The notes beneath the pieces are model-generated. The model did not search any database and was not told the DNA's origin. It worked only from the letters and a program-made list of their open reading frames with translations. A stretch of 64,000 nucleotides of DNA from Saccostrea cucullata (taxonomy: Eukaryota), in the NCBI RefSeq assembly GCF_032062105.1, contig NW_026918135.1, positions 1 through 64,000 on the forward strand, in the 5' to 3' direction. Position 1 is the stretch's first letter. Each line of letters begins with the position of its first letter. Positions 33,746-46,897 of this stretch are shown piece by piece. A program made the position numbers and the translations under genes.

Positions 33746-36700
33746 GATCACAAAATTCTTTTTGGTGTGATGTGTATTAATTTCATAGAAAAGAATTAAC
33801 ATTGTGTTTGACGGTATAGTATGCCAATGATTGAACGTTATTTGATTGTTAGAAATCGTGTGTATTTTTTTTTAAATACACAAGCTGTCGTAATCAGTCA
33901 TTTAACATCCGATCTTCGGTATACCCGTCTTTGGAAGATGACTGGTGCGTGAAGGTACGTTATGGCTACATGTGAACAAGTCTGTAACAAGAAGAACATT
34001 AAATTGCTTATTCTATCATCTGCCAGTTTGGGCCAGTTATATATATTTTGTGATGTTGGTCAGACACGCTATACAGACCATCAGCGTGTCTGAGATCCTA
34101 CACTACTAGACTGTCCACTTTTAACTTTTTACCTCTTTTAATATGAGTGTACATAGGTTTTTAACTGTTCACCACAGAATCACTGGAGTTTCAACACTCA
34201 ATTTGAGTTTACTCCTAAGAGGAAAGAAGAAAATATATTTTAAAAATCAATTATTTAAAAGTCTTTCAATATATCTTCATTTTTTTAATATGTGTTAGGT
34301 GAATGTGTAGACATTGTTCTAAAATTTACTTGATGCCTAAAATTATAATTCCTATCATAAAAAAAGAAAGGAGGTATTGGGGTGTAGGGTGAACATTTTT
34401 TCAATTAAGTGTATTTTCCAGGGCCTGTGTAAAATAATTTTTCTGGCTGATACAAATGATACTACATGCCTGTATATATTTGTATATTCTTGCCTTTTAA
34501 TAGTTGAATTTTTAATTTCTACAGGGTATTGTTTTCTTTCTTCCTCAAATGGACTTAACTTCTCCCATAGTTTTCTTCATTAAATCTGATACATAAACAA
34601 CCCTTTTCTAAAGAATGATTCTTAGACTGTAAGCTATAACAGAGACCTAAACAATGTCGCTGGCAATATGCAATCTATAGCTACCAAGGGCAGTTTAAAA
34701 CCTGGGGGAGAAAATAATTTACAGAGTACAGACAGATACTTTTGAAACGAATACATAATTATTTGCATTTACCGCCATGTGTGGTAAATGCCAGTTATCG
34801 AAGAAGAATAGCCTAAGCGCGATAACTCCCCTGTCCTCAACCAAATTTCCAAAATAGCCCCAAGCCTTAAATGCGCTTGCGCACACATCCTCTTCGCTGG
34901 ACGATTTTGATCAGACAGCATCAACAGAAAAATCACCTCCAAGTTGCAACCCATTACGTGGATTACTATATTGTACAGGTATCGTTCCACCGGTCATCGG
35001 TATGTATTAAACATCTAGTGAAGCATTGGGAGCGAATTGGGCGTTTCCCTTGCCTCAGCACTAAGATGTCAGCAGATTTTGCTGGATCAATATTCATCAT
35101 CACCATCCGTTAATGGCGGCATGCCAAACTTTAAACAAAAGGGCATTAACTCTACATATAATTTGATCATTCATATTTAGTAAACGATGTTAATAACTTA
35201 CAATCTCAGATTCAAACAAAAAAAAAACAAAAACAAAATTAATAGTAAAAATTTATAAATATATAAGCAATTAATAATAATGAATAATGTATATGTTTAA
35301 CACAAGTTACACAGTTGTTTGTTTTATAGAAACATGCTCCGTGCTAAAAAGACTACAAAGTCTCCATATGCCAGGCCCGGCCGAGCTCCAGCTGCCACCA
35401 AAAAGGCCAAAGCATCCAAGCCTACAAGCACCGTGACTCAACCGAACCAGGTCACTCCTGACGCCATACCTCCAGCCTTATCAAACCAGCCTACAACTTC
35501 CTCAGGAATAGACATCCCAGACCCCTAAGAGTTTGAGGCATCGCCAACAATGCCTTCTCCACGTACTTCAGGCAGCACTAATACATTATCTAATTCAAGT
35601 GCAACAACACCAAATTCATTATGTAGCGTTTCAGACGCATTGGGCGTCCATGTCCCAGACAACCTGAGACAACCTGAGACAAAACATATATGATAATGCA
35701 TTCATTCACTTGCATAAATTACTTCCTCTCAAACCAAATGACGAGCCCCAGCAACAGCTCGCATTTGTTGCTGGCGAATTAGTGCTAAAGGCTAAGCATT
35801 AGGAAATCAAAATAACTTCAATTGAAACATGGACAAACGCTTTCCTCATTTTCAGCAGCATTTACTTGACTAAGTTCCCTGAAAACATTCAATCAATCCT
35901 TAAATTCATTAACATCATACGCACTGCTGCACAGCGATCATCAAACTTAAACTGGCTCAATTATGACATACAGTTTAGACTAAAGCGCTCCAGGAACCAT
36001 ACTCTCGACTGGGGGTGTGTCGACGCAGAATGGCTCTTGTATGTGTCTCATGGCCACAACACTCTATCACAGCAACCCCAAATTATACATCTATATCGCC
36101 AAAATGCTTTGACTTCAATTACAAAGGCACATGCGGAAGACCATACTGCACTTATCAACATGCTTGCATTAAATGCTCCAATAATCACCCACTCATAAAC
36201 TGCCGCTGGCACAACAGTCAGGCATTTCGCACAGAAAACTTTCGCCCATCCCAAGCCGAACATCCCCGCCAGCCCCCAAGCAGATTTCAGAGTAGAGGGT
36301 TCCCCCCAAACCAACCAAGGCCTCTGGGACTTGGCCCCAACCCTAGTCAACGTTAACATCCTAAAATCAATGCTAAAAGACTACTTCAACATTTGTTATT
36401 CGGGTATACGGGAATATCAAAAATCTAAAAACATGAAATCTGCACAAACAAATTCACAGCAGCTCCAAGAAAAAATTGATCAAGAGGTTAAATTAGGTAG
36501 AGTAGCTGGGCCGTTGAAGAATATCCCCATGTCAAATATCAAGTGTAGCCCAATAGGCATTGTTCCCAAAAAGCAAGGGGGGTGGCTATGATTTGTAACT
36601 TATCTGCACCAGAGGGAAATAGTGTTAATGACTTTATAGACCCACATCTCTGCACCGTTCATTCTACATCATTTGACTCGACAGTAAGAATGATAAAAGA

Positions 36701-36849
36701 ACTAGGCAAGGGAGCTTTGTTGGGGAAAAGATACATTTCTAGTGCATTCAGACTCCTTCCTATTCGCCCCGAGGATTTATCCTTGCTTGGTTTTTATTTT
36801 AACAACTATTATTTCGATAGGTGCCTCCCATTCGGTTGCTCTTTAGCAT

Positions 36850-37872
36850 GTGCTACATTTAATAAAATTTGCAACAGCCCTCCATTGGATTGTTCAAGAT
36901 CGAGCCAATATTGACACATTAGTACACTACCTTGATGATTTCCTTTTTGCAGGCCCTGCAAACACCCTTGTGTGCAAAAACCTCATGCAAATATTTGACA
37001 TAACTTGTGAAACGCTCGGCGTTCCTCTGTCAGAGGAAAAAACTGAAGGTCCTACAACTTGTTTAACATTTCTAGGGTTAGGGATTAATACCATCACCCA
37101 AACTATATTTCTCCCTAAAGATAAAGTCGACGCCCTTAAAGCCCAACTTCAAAACGTTGCCTCGCGTCGCAAAATTACTCTTAAAGAAATGCAATCATTA
37201 GTTGGATCTTTGGCATTTATTTCTAAGGCAATACCTGCAGGGAGAGCCTTTTGTAGGCAATTTTATGACAGCCTATCACAGGGATACAAACAACACCATT
37301 ATATCACTATCTCAAGGGCACTTCGCGAAGATGTAGATATATGGCTCGAGTTCCTGTCCGACTTTAATGGCACAACTGTATTCCCAGATATTCACTGGTC
37401 AGATAAAGACACTATACACATATCCTCTGATAGCTCTGGTTCACTTGGGTGTGGGGTCATATATGGTACACAATGGTCCTACCTACAATGGCCCTCAGAA
37501 TGGTCACAACACGATTGTAGAGATCTGACTTATCTGGAGTTAGTCCCAGTCGCCCTTGCAATATACATATGGGGCCACAAACTACAAGGCAGAAAAATAA
37601 TCTTGCATATTGATAACATGGCTGTTGTCGAGATAATCAACCAAAAAACATCAAAGTCACCAAGAGTTATGTCCCTCCTCAGGCCTTTTCTGTATAAAAT
37701 ATTAAAATACAATATCCAAGTCCGCTGCGAACATGTACCAGGTCATTCTAATTCTATAGCTGATGCCATATCTCGTTTTCAGTGGCAAAAGTTCAGGAAG
37801 CTGGCTCCCCATGCAGACTATTATCCCTGCCAAGTTCCTCTGGAATTCTGGAACCATTTGAGCAGGAAGTAG
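36850..37872 (+). pseudogene. DIRS/Ngaro RT-RNase H (largest intact segment)
   Basis: 340-aa ORF with YLDD and RNase H D-E-D-D motifs. Confidence 0.9.
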
Positions 37873-38746
37873 AACAACTACTCTCAGCATCAGTCTCTCA
37901 TAACACTCAAGAAATATACCAGAAAGGTCTTGACTCGTTTGCACAATTTAGAAAAAAAAATTAACTTAACAGAAGTATGGCCCCCTCCCATAGACCAATT
38001 AATTAACTATATTGCTTACCTATCCTCAAAGGGGACAACATACTCTACAGCCAAAACCTACCTAGCTGGCTTAAGCTTCAACATAAAACTTGGTAATTTC
38101 CCAGACCCATGCCAATTTTTCATAGTCAAGAAAATGCTAAATGGCTTTAAACAACTAAAACATAGAAAAGATTCAAGAAGCCCGATAACATTTCCCCTAT
38201 TAGTCAAGTTAATAGACTCGCTGCAACATGTGTGTCGCAATTATTATGAAAAATTACTGTTCTCCTCAGCATATGGGCTCGCATTCTTTGCTTTACTTCG
38301 AGTTGGTGAAATAACCACAACTAGGGCAAATACCCCTTATCAATAGAAAATGTATCAATATCCCAATCATCCATTCAGATCACTTTAGGGAAAACTAAAA
38401 CAGATCAGCATGGCAAGGGCACAACAATGCACATTAACAGTACAAAGCACAATCAAGTCCTATTCCACAACATTCTAGAGTACGCGACCCATAGACCATC
38501 ACAAACTCAAACATCACAGTTTCTGTGCCACAGGATGGCTCACCCTTGACTTACTATCAATTCAATCAAATACTAAAGAAAGCTCTATCATTCCTCAAAC
38601 TTGATATATCAACATTCAAATCCCATTCATTTCGCAAAGGGGCTGCAACTTCATTGTATATGCAAGGTACTCCAGAGCAAGAAATCAAAACCATGGGTAG
38701 ATGGAAATCAACGCTTTTAAGTCATATGTTCGCCCTAATACTGTAG
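37830..38746 (+). pseudogene. Tyrosine recombinase (frameshifted)
   Basis: R (LRVGE), K (KTDQ), H-x-x-R (HSFR) and GRW motifs spread over several frames. Confidence 0.88.
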
Positions 38747-38790
38747 TCTTGTAGATAATCAGTCTTACTAACTGTAAGCTAAGTTTGCAG

Positions 38791-39053
38791 GAACTCGCTG
38801 CAAGGTATGGATTGTTGGATCTTCCATCATCAGACGAGCTGAAGATTACTGCACACGTTCACCAATTAGCCAAAACTTGTCTCTGGAGCATTTAAACATA
38901 GATGTAACCTGGTCCGGATCTGGGGGACTAAAATGGGAGCAACTTGATCAACACATTGCTAGTTTGTTAAATCGCCATAATGAAATCATTCCTCAAGTTC
39001 TAATAGTTCACTGTGATGGCAACATTTCCAATACTCCTCTGATTCAATTATAG
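38791..39053 (+). pseudogene. SGNH/GDSL hydrolase-like ORF fragment (not in ORF track)
   Basis: VWIVGSSII (block I), WSGSGGLKW (block II), LIVHCDGN (block III-like); preceded by TTTGCAG acceptor. Confidence 0.75.
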
Positions 39054-41030
39054 AAGGCATGGTCAAATACGCTCCATTACAATACTATGGAAATACAGAT
39101 TTATCCAAGTAGTCAAATAGAGTACCTGTCCAACTTTAATGAATTTTTCATTTAAAATAATTTATTTAAATTTTAATAAGGCCTACTCATGCTTTTGAGA
39201 TTTTGTTTTAATGGACGAAATTTCGGTGAAAACGTCATGCTAAATTATTTTGATGTTTAATTTACCTGTGAATCGCTTCTTTTCGATAGATTCAATAAAT
39301 TATCCCATCGATTGTGCTGCTTGCGCGTCTCATTATCAAGTTGTAAAACTATGTCCGACTTTCGATCACATGGTGTCCGACTTACGGTCACTCGCAACTT
39401 TTTCTTATTTCGAACGATTTTTTTTCAATTCGGAACATATTAAAGCATTAAAGGACATAAACACGCTAGATGAGTCCCGATGGAGAACATCAAAGCAAAG
39501 TTTATCACTGTACACTCATTGGATTAAATACAGTTCATGTTAAAAAAAATATGTGTCCGACTCGCGATCAGTTTACCCTATCTAAGATTGATTTGAGGTC
39601 GTAAAAATTAATGAAAATATGCAGAGGCATAATACAAACAGAATTTAGTCGTTTCTGGGTCTCTGTAGTTATCACAGGGGTTGAATATTAAACCCGTGAC
39701 GTCATAACTGTTGATCATGCAGTAGCAGAGTGAAAGTGAAACGTAACGAGAATTCATGTAAACAAACACAGGAAATCGGAGTTTAAAAGCATTTAGAATG
39801 AATATCATGTGTGATTCATGTGGGAATAAAGCTTATAAATAAGGTATGGTAATATACAATTTCTTCGTAAAATTAAAGCAGGGAGGGTGTTTACTTGCCG
39901 ATCAGCCTTTCCTCTGTCGTTCGTAACAAATAAGATGCAAAAGTTCAACACTACGATGCACACTTTGAAACTTGATTATATCTGAAGTTCTTATTCTATT
40001 CAATCTATTGTTTTTGGAAAGTGCTGCCAGGTTTAAGGGAATTAATACATTTTTTTTTTCGATGTTATGAACAAAATGTAAAAATTTTGGGAATGCTTCG
40101 TCAAAAAGTGTTGAATAATTTATTTATTTCTGTGATGGGACAGTACGTTTCTAGCAGCACTTTTCATCGTGCAAAGATGTTTTACATAATTATTACAAAT
40201 TGAAATTAATTATCCCCGGAGTAGTGTTGAACTTTTTCACTTTTTTTATTAAGGCATATTCGTTACGTGGTGACGTCGTGGTGAAGTGCTTCATGTAGTA
40301 TGGTCGTTTCTCATCAATTCGTGGTACCCATTGATTCGTGGTATTTTCTTCTTCCGTCATTGCGCACGCGTAATGCACTATTCCAGAAATTTATTTTGAG
40401 AAATCGAAAGTAGAGTTCCTGATGTAAGCAAAGGGGCATAATTCAACTAAATTAACGGAAAAATCGGCACGTAATGCAAAAAATATACAAATAACACTTA
40501 CATCTATTTTTTACGCTTTTGGATGACATACCTGTTTTCCCAAAAATAGCTAAACGGGTACGAAATAGTAGGTAAATGGATTTCAAAAGGATTTCCAGAT
40601 GTCGTCTGCATGATTGACTGTTTATATCAAGTGATGTTGCTGGGCATTGAATAAAGTATGGAAAGTTGCTAGCGTTAAAAATCAGTGTTTTTTTATTCAT
40701 CATAACCAGCATTCGAGTAACAAGTGCTGTAAAAACTATAACACATTCGTCCATTAAATTAAATTATTTTTCTCTCTTTTTGCATCAGGAATTAAAATAC
40801 AAATGAATCCCATAATAAATCAATTTTAAACTTTATAAATATTTTAATTTAAATATTTAAATCCTAATTATAAATTTAAAAAAATCTTTTCAAAACATGT
40901 TTTGTGACTTGGGCTATGTATTTTTTCTGCTAATATCTTTAGAAAATTTTTCATTAATTGTACCCGAAATAACACACCATACCAATAACTCAGCTTTTGA
41001 TGACGTACCACGAATCAATGAGACGCTTGA

Positions 41031-41100
41031 TTTTTAGCTCTACTGGTCAGAGACCAGAAGAGCTTATGCGATGGTAATGCGTCCGTCGTCCGTCCGTCTG

Positions 41101-41133
<33 letters not shown>

Positions 41134-42783
41134 AATTTTTCAAAATGCTACTCCTCCTACAGTTTTGCTCTGATTTCAATATAACTCGGCACACAAGTAG
41201 ACTACACTAATATACATAATTCTGTATATTGGTTTTTGATTTCGATAAACAGTGTTGCTGGGTTACTAAAAATAGAAATTTCTTTGAAATTCTTTCAAAA
41301 TGCTACTCCTCCTGCAGTTTTAGTCTGATTACAATAAAACTTGGCACACAAGTAGAATACACTAAGATACATAAATCTGTATATCGGTTTTTGATTTCGA
41401 TGAACAGTGTTGCCGCGGTTACTAAAAATAGAAATTTCTGTGAAATTCTTTCAAAATGCTACTCCTCCTACAGTTTTGGTCTGATTTCAATATAACTTGG
41501 CACACAAGTAGGCTACACTAAGATACATAATTCTATATATCGGTTTTTGATTTCGATGAAGGGTGTTGCCGTGGTTACTAAAAATAGAAATTTCTGTGAA
41601 ATTCTTTCAAAATGCTACTCCTCCTACAGTTTTGGTCTGATTTCAATATAACTTGGCACACAAGTAGACTACACTAAGATACATAAATCTGTGTATCGGT
41701 TTTTGATTTCGATGAAGGGTGTTGCCGTGGTTACTAAAAATAGAAATTTTTGTGAAATTCTTTCAAAATGCTACTCCTCCTACAGTTTTGGTCTGATTTC
41801 AATATAACTTGGCACACAAGTAGACTACACTAAGATACATAATTCTGTGTATCGGTTTTTGATTTCGATGAAGGGTGTTGCCGCGGTTACTAAAAATAGA
41901 AATTTCTGTGAAATTCTTTCAAAATGCTACTCCTCCTACAGTTTTGGTCTGATTTCAATATACATGTAACTTGGCACACAGGTAGGCTACACTAAGATAC
42001 ATAATTCTGTTTATAGGTTTTTGATTTCGATGAACGGTGTTGCCGTGGTTACTAAAAATAGAAATTTCTGTTAAATACTCTCAAAATGCTACTCCAAATA
42101 ACAGTTTTAGTCTGGTTATAATATAATGTGGCATGCAAGTAGACTACACTAAGAACATAAAGAGACTTAATCAAGGATCATTATTCTATTTATTGCTGTT
42201 GAAAAGTTTCAATTTCCAACTGCTTAAGGTCAAGATCTAGTAAATGAAAGGTGCCTACAGATTTATCAAACTTGAGAAATAAATTCCTTTATTGATGCTT
42301 TACAACTTTAGCTTGGTCAAATAAGGTGTGTCGGGGCATAATTTGTAGGTAAACAAGATGAAAAACTGTATTTTAAACTGTCATTTTCAATGAAAAATTA
42401 AGAAAACCAGTCATGAATATGGGAGTTTTTTTCGTATTCGGCAAAGGAAATGTATCCAGATTGCCTAGTCTCTCAGAAAACGGTTATTAGTATGTTCATG
42501 GCCTCTTCTTTAAATCAATGTCACATTTAATATAGGTATCCGGTTTACTTTTGATATGATTTCAAATTGATTGACATGAAAATATCATATTTTCTACATA
42601 ATTCTGCTAAAGCCATAAAGAACGGGAAAAAGAAAGTTGAAATTGATTATGACGTCATAATGGATCTAGCACCAAAAAAATTAGTCTCAAGTTATTTACT
42701 AGATCTTGACCTTAAGTACTTTTCTCTTCCTTTGCTATAAGTACAAACCAGTAGAGCTTCAGTCTCGACAGAGACTTCTGGTT
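41031..42783 (+). mobile_element. Second copy of the 156-bp-core HINE family, with a MITE insertion
   Basis: Same termini, microsatellite and repeat unit as 30396-31806 (about 6.5 units). Confidence 0.92.
42228..42711. mobile_element. TTAA MITE (Kolobok-like) inside the HINE
   Basis: TIR GGTCAAGATCTAGTAAAT / ATTTACTAGATCTTGACC; TTAA TSD; empty site CTGCTTAAGTAC in the paralogous HINE at about 31724-31735. Confidence 0.92.
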
Positions 42784-44245
42784 CTACAGTGGTGTGAACA
42801 CCACATATTTTAAGGTGAATTTTATCACATATAAGTGATGACATTACAACAATTTTTTACTAAACAAGAGATTAGATCCTACTATTATTAAATCACAATA
42901 AAATTAAGCTGAAAATTTTGTTAATTGATTTTAATTGATTATGAATCGATAAGTACCACGAATCCATGAGATACCAGGCTATAAGTCCCATTGAAGTCTA
43001 AAGAATGCATTATTATTACAAAAGTTTTATGTTTGTCTTTTCCGATTTCTAAGTGTAACATAATTACATAAAAGTGTTCATTCGCCGAATTCTGGTACAT
43101 GTGCTATCCTAACATACCCGCGTTCCAGACATGAGAGGATATATGCTCCGATAACCTCATTATGATTTTTTCCCGAAGTTATATCGTACGGTTTAATATT
43201 GAGCTCTACTAGCGAATAATGTTAATTTGTTCCTACATTGACTCGTGTCCAGATTTCGCAACTTCGTAAGCTCAAAAGTCTATTAAAGAATGAGTGCACT
43301 TAGGTACGTCATTTGGAACCTTTTCGGCGGATAGAATGCACTTTACCGGTACGTCCGCCATTTTTACTTTAGATCCGCGCGTGAGATGTCGCGGCGTTAA
43401 AACTTAGCAACGTATCAACTATCCATGGGCGCCGCCATTTTGTTTTACGACGCGAGAGGAAGCCCAGCGGCGTTTGATCGATTAAATAAAGCGGATTTTT
43501 GGGGCGGCAGCCCCCTGTGTCATTAAAAAAAACCCTGCCAAAACCATATGTACTTACCTTACATGCTGTCGTCAAGCAGATCAACACTTCTATTGAGATT
43601 TAGCGAGTTGAGATTCAGTGGTGCTAGTGGAGTCTGCTGGTTTTTGCACTAATAAACCCGTTTGATTAGTTCCAGAAAGGCCTTGAATTTGTCATCAGAG
43701 TCATTAAGATATTTCTTTCTGATGCAATATTCGATCAAGTAGCCGTCGTAATGTTGTTTTTGAGTACCAGTCTTGGGTAAAGATTTCTTCACTGCGTTCC
43801 GCGTGGATTCATTTAAATTAGTGCAGGCCCCTGTGTCTTTATTTTTGAACTCAATAGAGTGATTAACAGTTAACTGTGTGTAACCCTCACTCTTTAGGCT
43901 AGAATATGCCTTCCAACAATCTGATAAAATCGTTGTTCCTGGATATACGAACACATCGGAGACGATCAAAACAGACAAACCAAAATCTTAAATTAAAAAT
44001 CTCAGATCATTTTCTTGAGAGTGTCACACATGAAAAATTACTTGGAATTCATATTGATAATTCACTTAACTTTAATACACATATTGATGCTGTTTGTAAA
44101 TCTGTATCTGGAAAGATATCTGTATTACGAAGAATTAAGAAATATCTTCCATTCCATACAAGAAAGTTATTCTATAATGCTTATATAATGCCATCAATTG
44201 AATACTGTTTAACAGTTTGGGGTAATGCATCAGCTTGTAGCCTGA

Positions 44246-45427
44246 CAGAGCTCCAGATGAGGTGCGTATTTGCGTAAATATGCATTAAATTTTACATAAT
44301 ACGCATTGAAAATTAAAATAGAGCGTACAATTACGCATTAGCAATCATAGATACGCATCACATCACGAAAGTACTGCGTACAACACTTTGAAGAATACAG
44401 GTACGACTTACTTAAGGATACAAATTGAGGTTAACTCCGTGTTTGATTTTTCTCAAAACGAAGTACAGATTTAAAAGCCTTTTGGTGACCAGGAATATTC
44501 TAGTAATGACGACGACGATCTCCATTTCGGGAGATTTAGATAAAATCCATTTCTATGTAGAAAGACTATACACTTGGCATAATGTTTTTATTCTTATGGG
44601 TTCATAGCCAATTTTTCATCTCTCTCAACTTGCCATATTAACGAAGATTCTTTTCTCTCAGTTTACTCTTGATACGATATCTAAAATGAAGGAAAAGTTC
44701 TCTGACTCTACGATACCTTGACCTACTGTACAACCTTCCTTGACAAAAAAGAATCTTAGCAAAAAGTCTTGTTGGTATTTGCAAACTTTATTTAAATAAA
44801 TACAGTAACCGAATTTTAACGTTTTTTCCTTCTTCAAAACTCGTACTTCGATTACGAGCTCAAAATCAAAATAAACGTCAAACATTTATGTATAGTGTTG
44901 TGAAGTGTGTATTGTTTCATCATGTATATTATTAGTAACATTAAGTTTCTTGAACATTCCACAGTGGTCAATATGTTTAGTCATTTTTTCTAGAACATTC
45001 TTGAACTTTATTCATGTCCAGAACTTTCCAGGAATATCATGTACTTACAACTTCTAGAATATTCTAGATTTATAATACTCTATAAATACCCTGTCAATTC
45101 AATGCATAGGGATACATTGTCGTATAAGCATCATTGAGGTATTACTGGGATATAATTTCACTGGGACATTGTGTGCAGCAACGGACACTCTGATGTATGT
45201 ATTTTTAGATTTTTGCTAAGTTTGTAATTAATGATTTGTATATTACTGTAAATAAATTATTGTTAAGTTTAAACTGTGTGATTGATCTTTGCTGGCATTT
45301 AGGGTTATTCTGACCCATAACAATAGATAAAATAATCTTTAATCATTTTAATGAAAATCAAAATCTGCATTGATTTGAAAATCAGGGAGTAAATACACTT
45401 TAGGGTAAAAAATTATCTGGAGCTCTG
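44246..45427. mobile_element. hAT-like MITE inside the LINE
   Basis: TIR CAGAGCTCCAGAT / ATCTGGAGCTCTG; near-TSD AGCCT(C)GA; LINE reading frame is restored when removed. Confidence 0.8.
44896..45322 (+). mobile_element. Solo LTR (Gypsy-like)
   Basis: TGTT...AACA ends; 4-bp TSD ATAG; TATAAA at 45081; AATAAA at 45251. Confidence 0.85.
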
Positions 45428-46897
45428 AGCCTCGAGAGGATTCTTAAGTTACAAAAATGGGCAGCTCGCTGTGTCTTAGATGCTGCCTATGACACGCCAT
45501 CAAAACCCTTATTTGAAAAACTTGATTGGCTGTCAGTGCATGAGCAATTGACTGTAAATAAGTTAGTATTAATGTACAAAACGCTTTACGGCGCAAGTCC
45601 AAATTACCTGTCTGAAATGTTCAACTACCAATCAGCCAATTCGTACCATCTCAGATCTGAATCTAATTTTGACTTAAGTGTTCCAAAGCACAAAACCAAA
45701 ATATTCCAAAATTCTTTTCAATATTCAGGTGCAGTTTTGTGGAACAATTAACCTTTAAATGTAAGAATGTCTCCATCACTTCAAAATTTTAAAATCAAGT
45801 CAAGAAAATTTATAATAGACCAACGTTCAACTTAAATTATTATATAATTGTATACATATGTGGACTTTATTATTAATGAAATGATGCATGTTTTATTATT
45901 TATTGTATATCGAGACATACTGTATATAACATTGTTGAGTGTACTATTTATTATTGTGTATTATATATATGTTTTTATAGAGGGCCTCAAGGAAGAATAT
46001 TGCTTGCACTAATTGAGTCACCCTCTTAAAATAAAGTACACATATTATTATTATTATTATTTATAATTGGGATCAAGGTGTCCGCACTCCTATCTGCTAC
46101 AACTTGCAAAAAACACTTTCTAGACTCCCTATCGATCCCTCCAAATACCCACACACCGTCCACTCTCTTTCCCCTGTGATATTTCCGCTTTCCAAATTTA
46201 CTTTCGTCAATTTCTACATGTTTCCCAGGCCCACAAATTTTTTCGCTGTCTTGTTCCAAAATACAAACGCATACCTCCCTGGCCAAATATTTCCAGTCAA
46301 CCACTGTATGTTCGCTCCCTATTTTAAGTTCCCTGAATAAATTACCCGGGAGTTCGTAAACCCAATAATAGGTCAATTTCACTGCCTGTTCTAGTAATAA
46401 ATGTCTCCCGGAGAACCACGATCCTTTTCTTATAGATGTTTTCTTATTGCATTTACGATTACTGCAGCGCCACACAACACCGTCCGAGCTATAAGAGACG
46501 TCTTCAACCAAATTTAATTTACCTGAATGGTACACTTCATTATCTCTTAGGAATTGTGAAAATCGACTTAGGAATGAAGAAGATAACTTCAGATACTGAG
46601 GTTTGTTTTGAAATCGATTACAATTCGGATTAATATACGTCGTCATATAAACGAAGTTTATTAACATAAAAAATGCAAGGAATTCAAAAATCATGCTATT
46701 TTGCAATTTTATTGCCTTTTTAACGAAATCGGCACGCTGACGCGTGCCTCATATATAGAGGAGAAGCACGTGCTACTTCCTTTATAATTCAACGTACCGG
46801 TAAAGTGCAATTGTCCCGCTTTTGATATTTATTTCTATAAAATTTTGTCATACATATTTCTATAATAACAGAAAATGTAATTGAAAAAAAAACATGT

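Larger units (their letters stand above)
34765..39053 (+). mobile_element. Decayed DIRS-group (Ngaro-like) tyrosine-recombinase retrotransposon, 3'-truncated
   Basis: Gag-like 35335-36356 (WLNYDIQFRL, CFDFNYKGTCGRPYCTYQHACIKC); RT/RNase H 36331-37872 (SAFRLLPI, LPFGC, HYLDDFL, SDSS, LELVPV, DNMAVV, ADAISR); YR 37830-38746 (FFALLRVGE, KTDQ, SHSFRKGAAT, MGRWKS); SGNH ORF 38791-39053. 5' boundary approximate. Confidence 0.9.
43947..46060 (+). mobile_element. 5'-truncated CR1/L2-clade LINE
   Basis: EKLLGIHIDNSLNF..FYNAYIMPSIEYCLTVWG[MITE]SLERILKLQKWAAR..SFQYSGAVLWN; AATAAA plus (ATT)n tail. Confidence 0.88.
43329..46817 (-). mobile_element. Merlin (IS1595/ISXO2-like) DNA transposon split by a LINE
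   Basis: TIR core TGCACTTTACCGGTACGT at both ends with GG termini; transposase 5' part about 46706-46061 (VEIDESKFGKRKYHRGKRVDGVWVFGG) and 3' part 43946-43649 (PGTTILSDCWKAY..VNHS..TGACTNLNES); no clean TSD. Confidence 0.9.
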
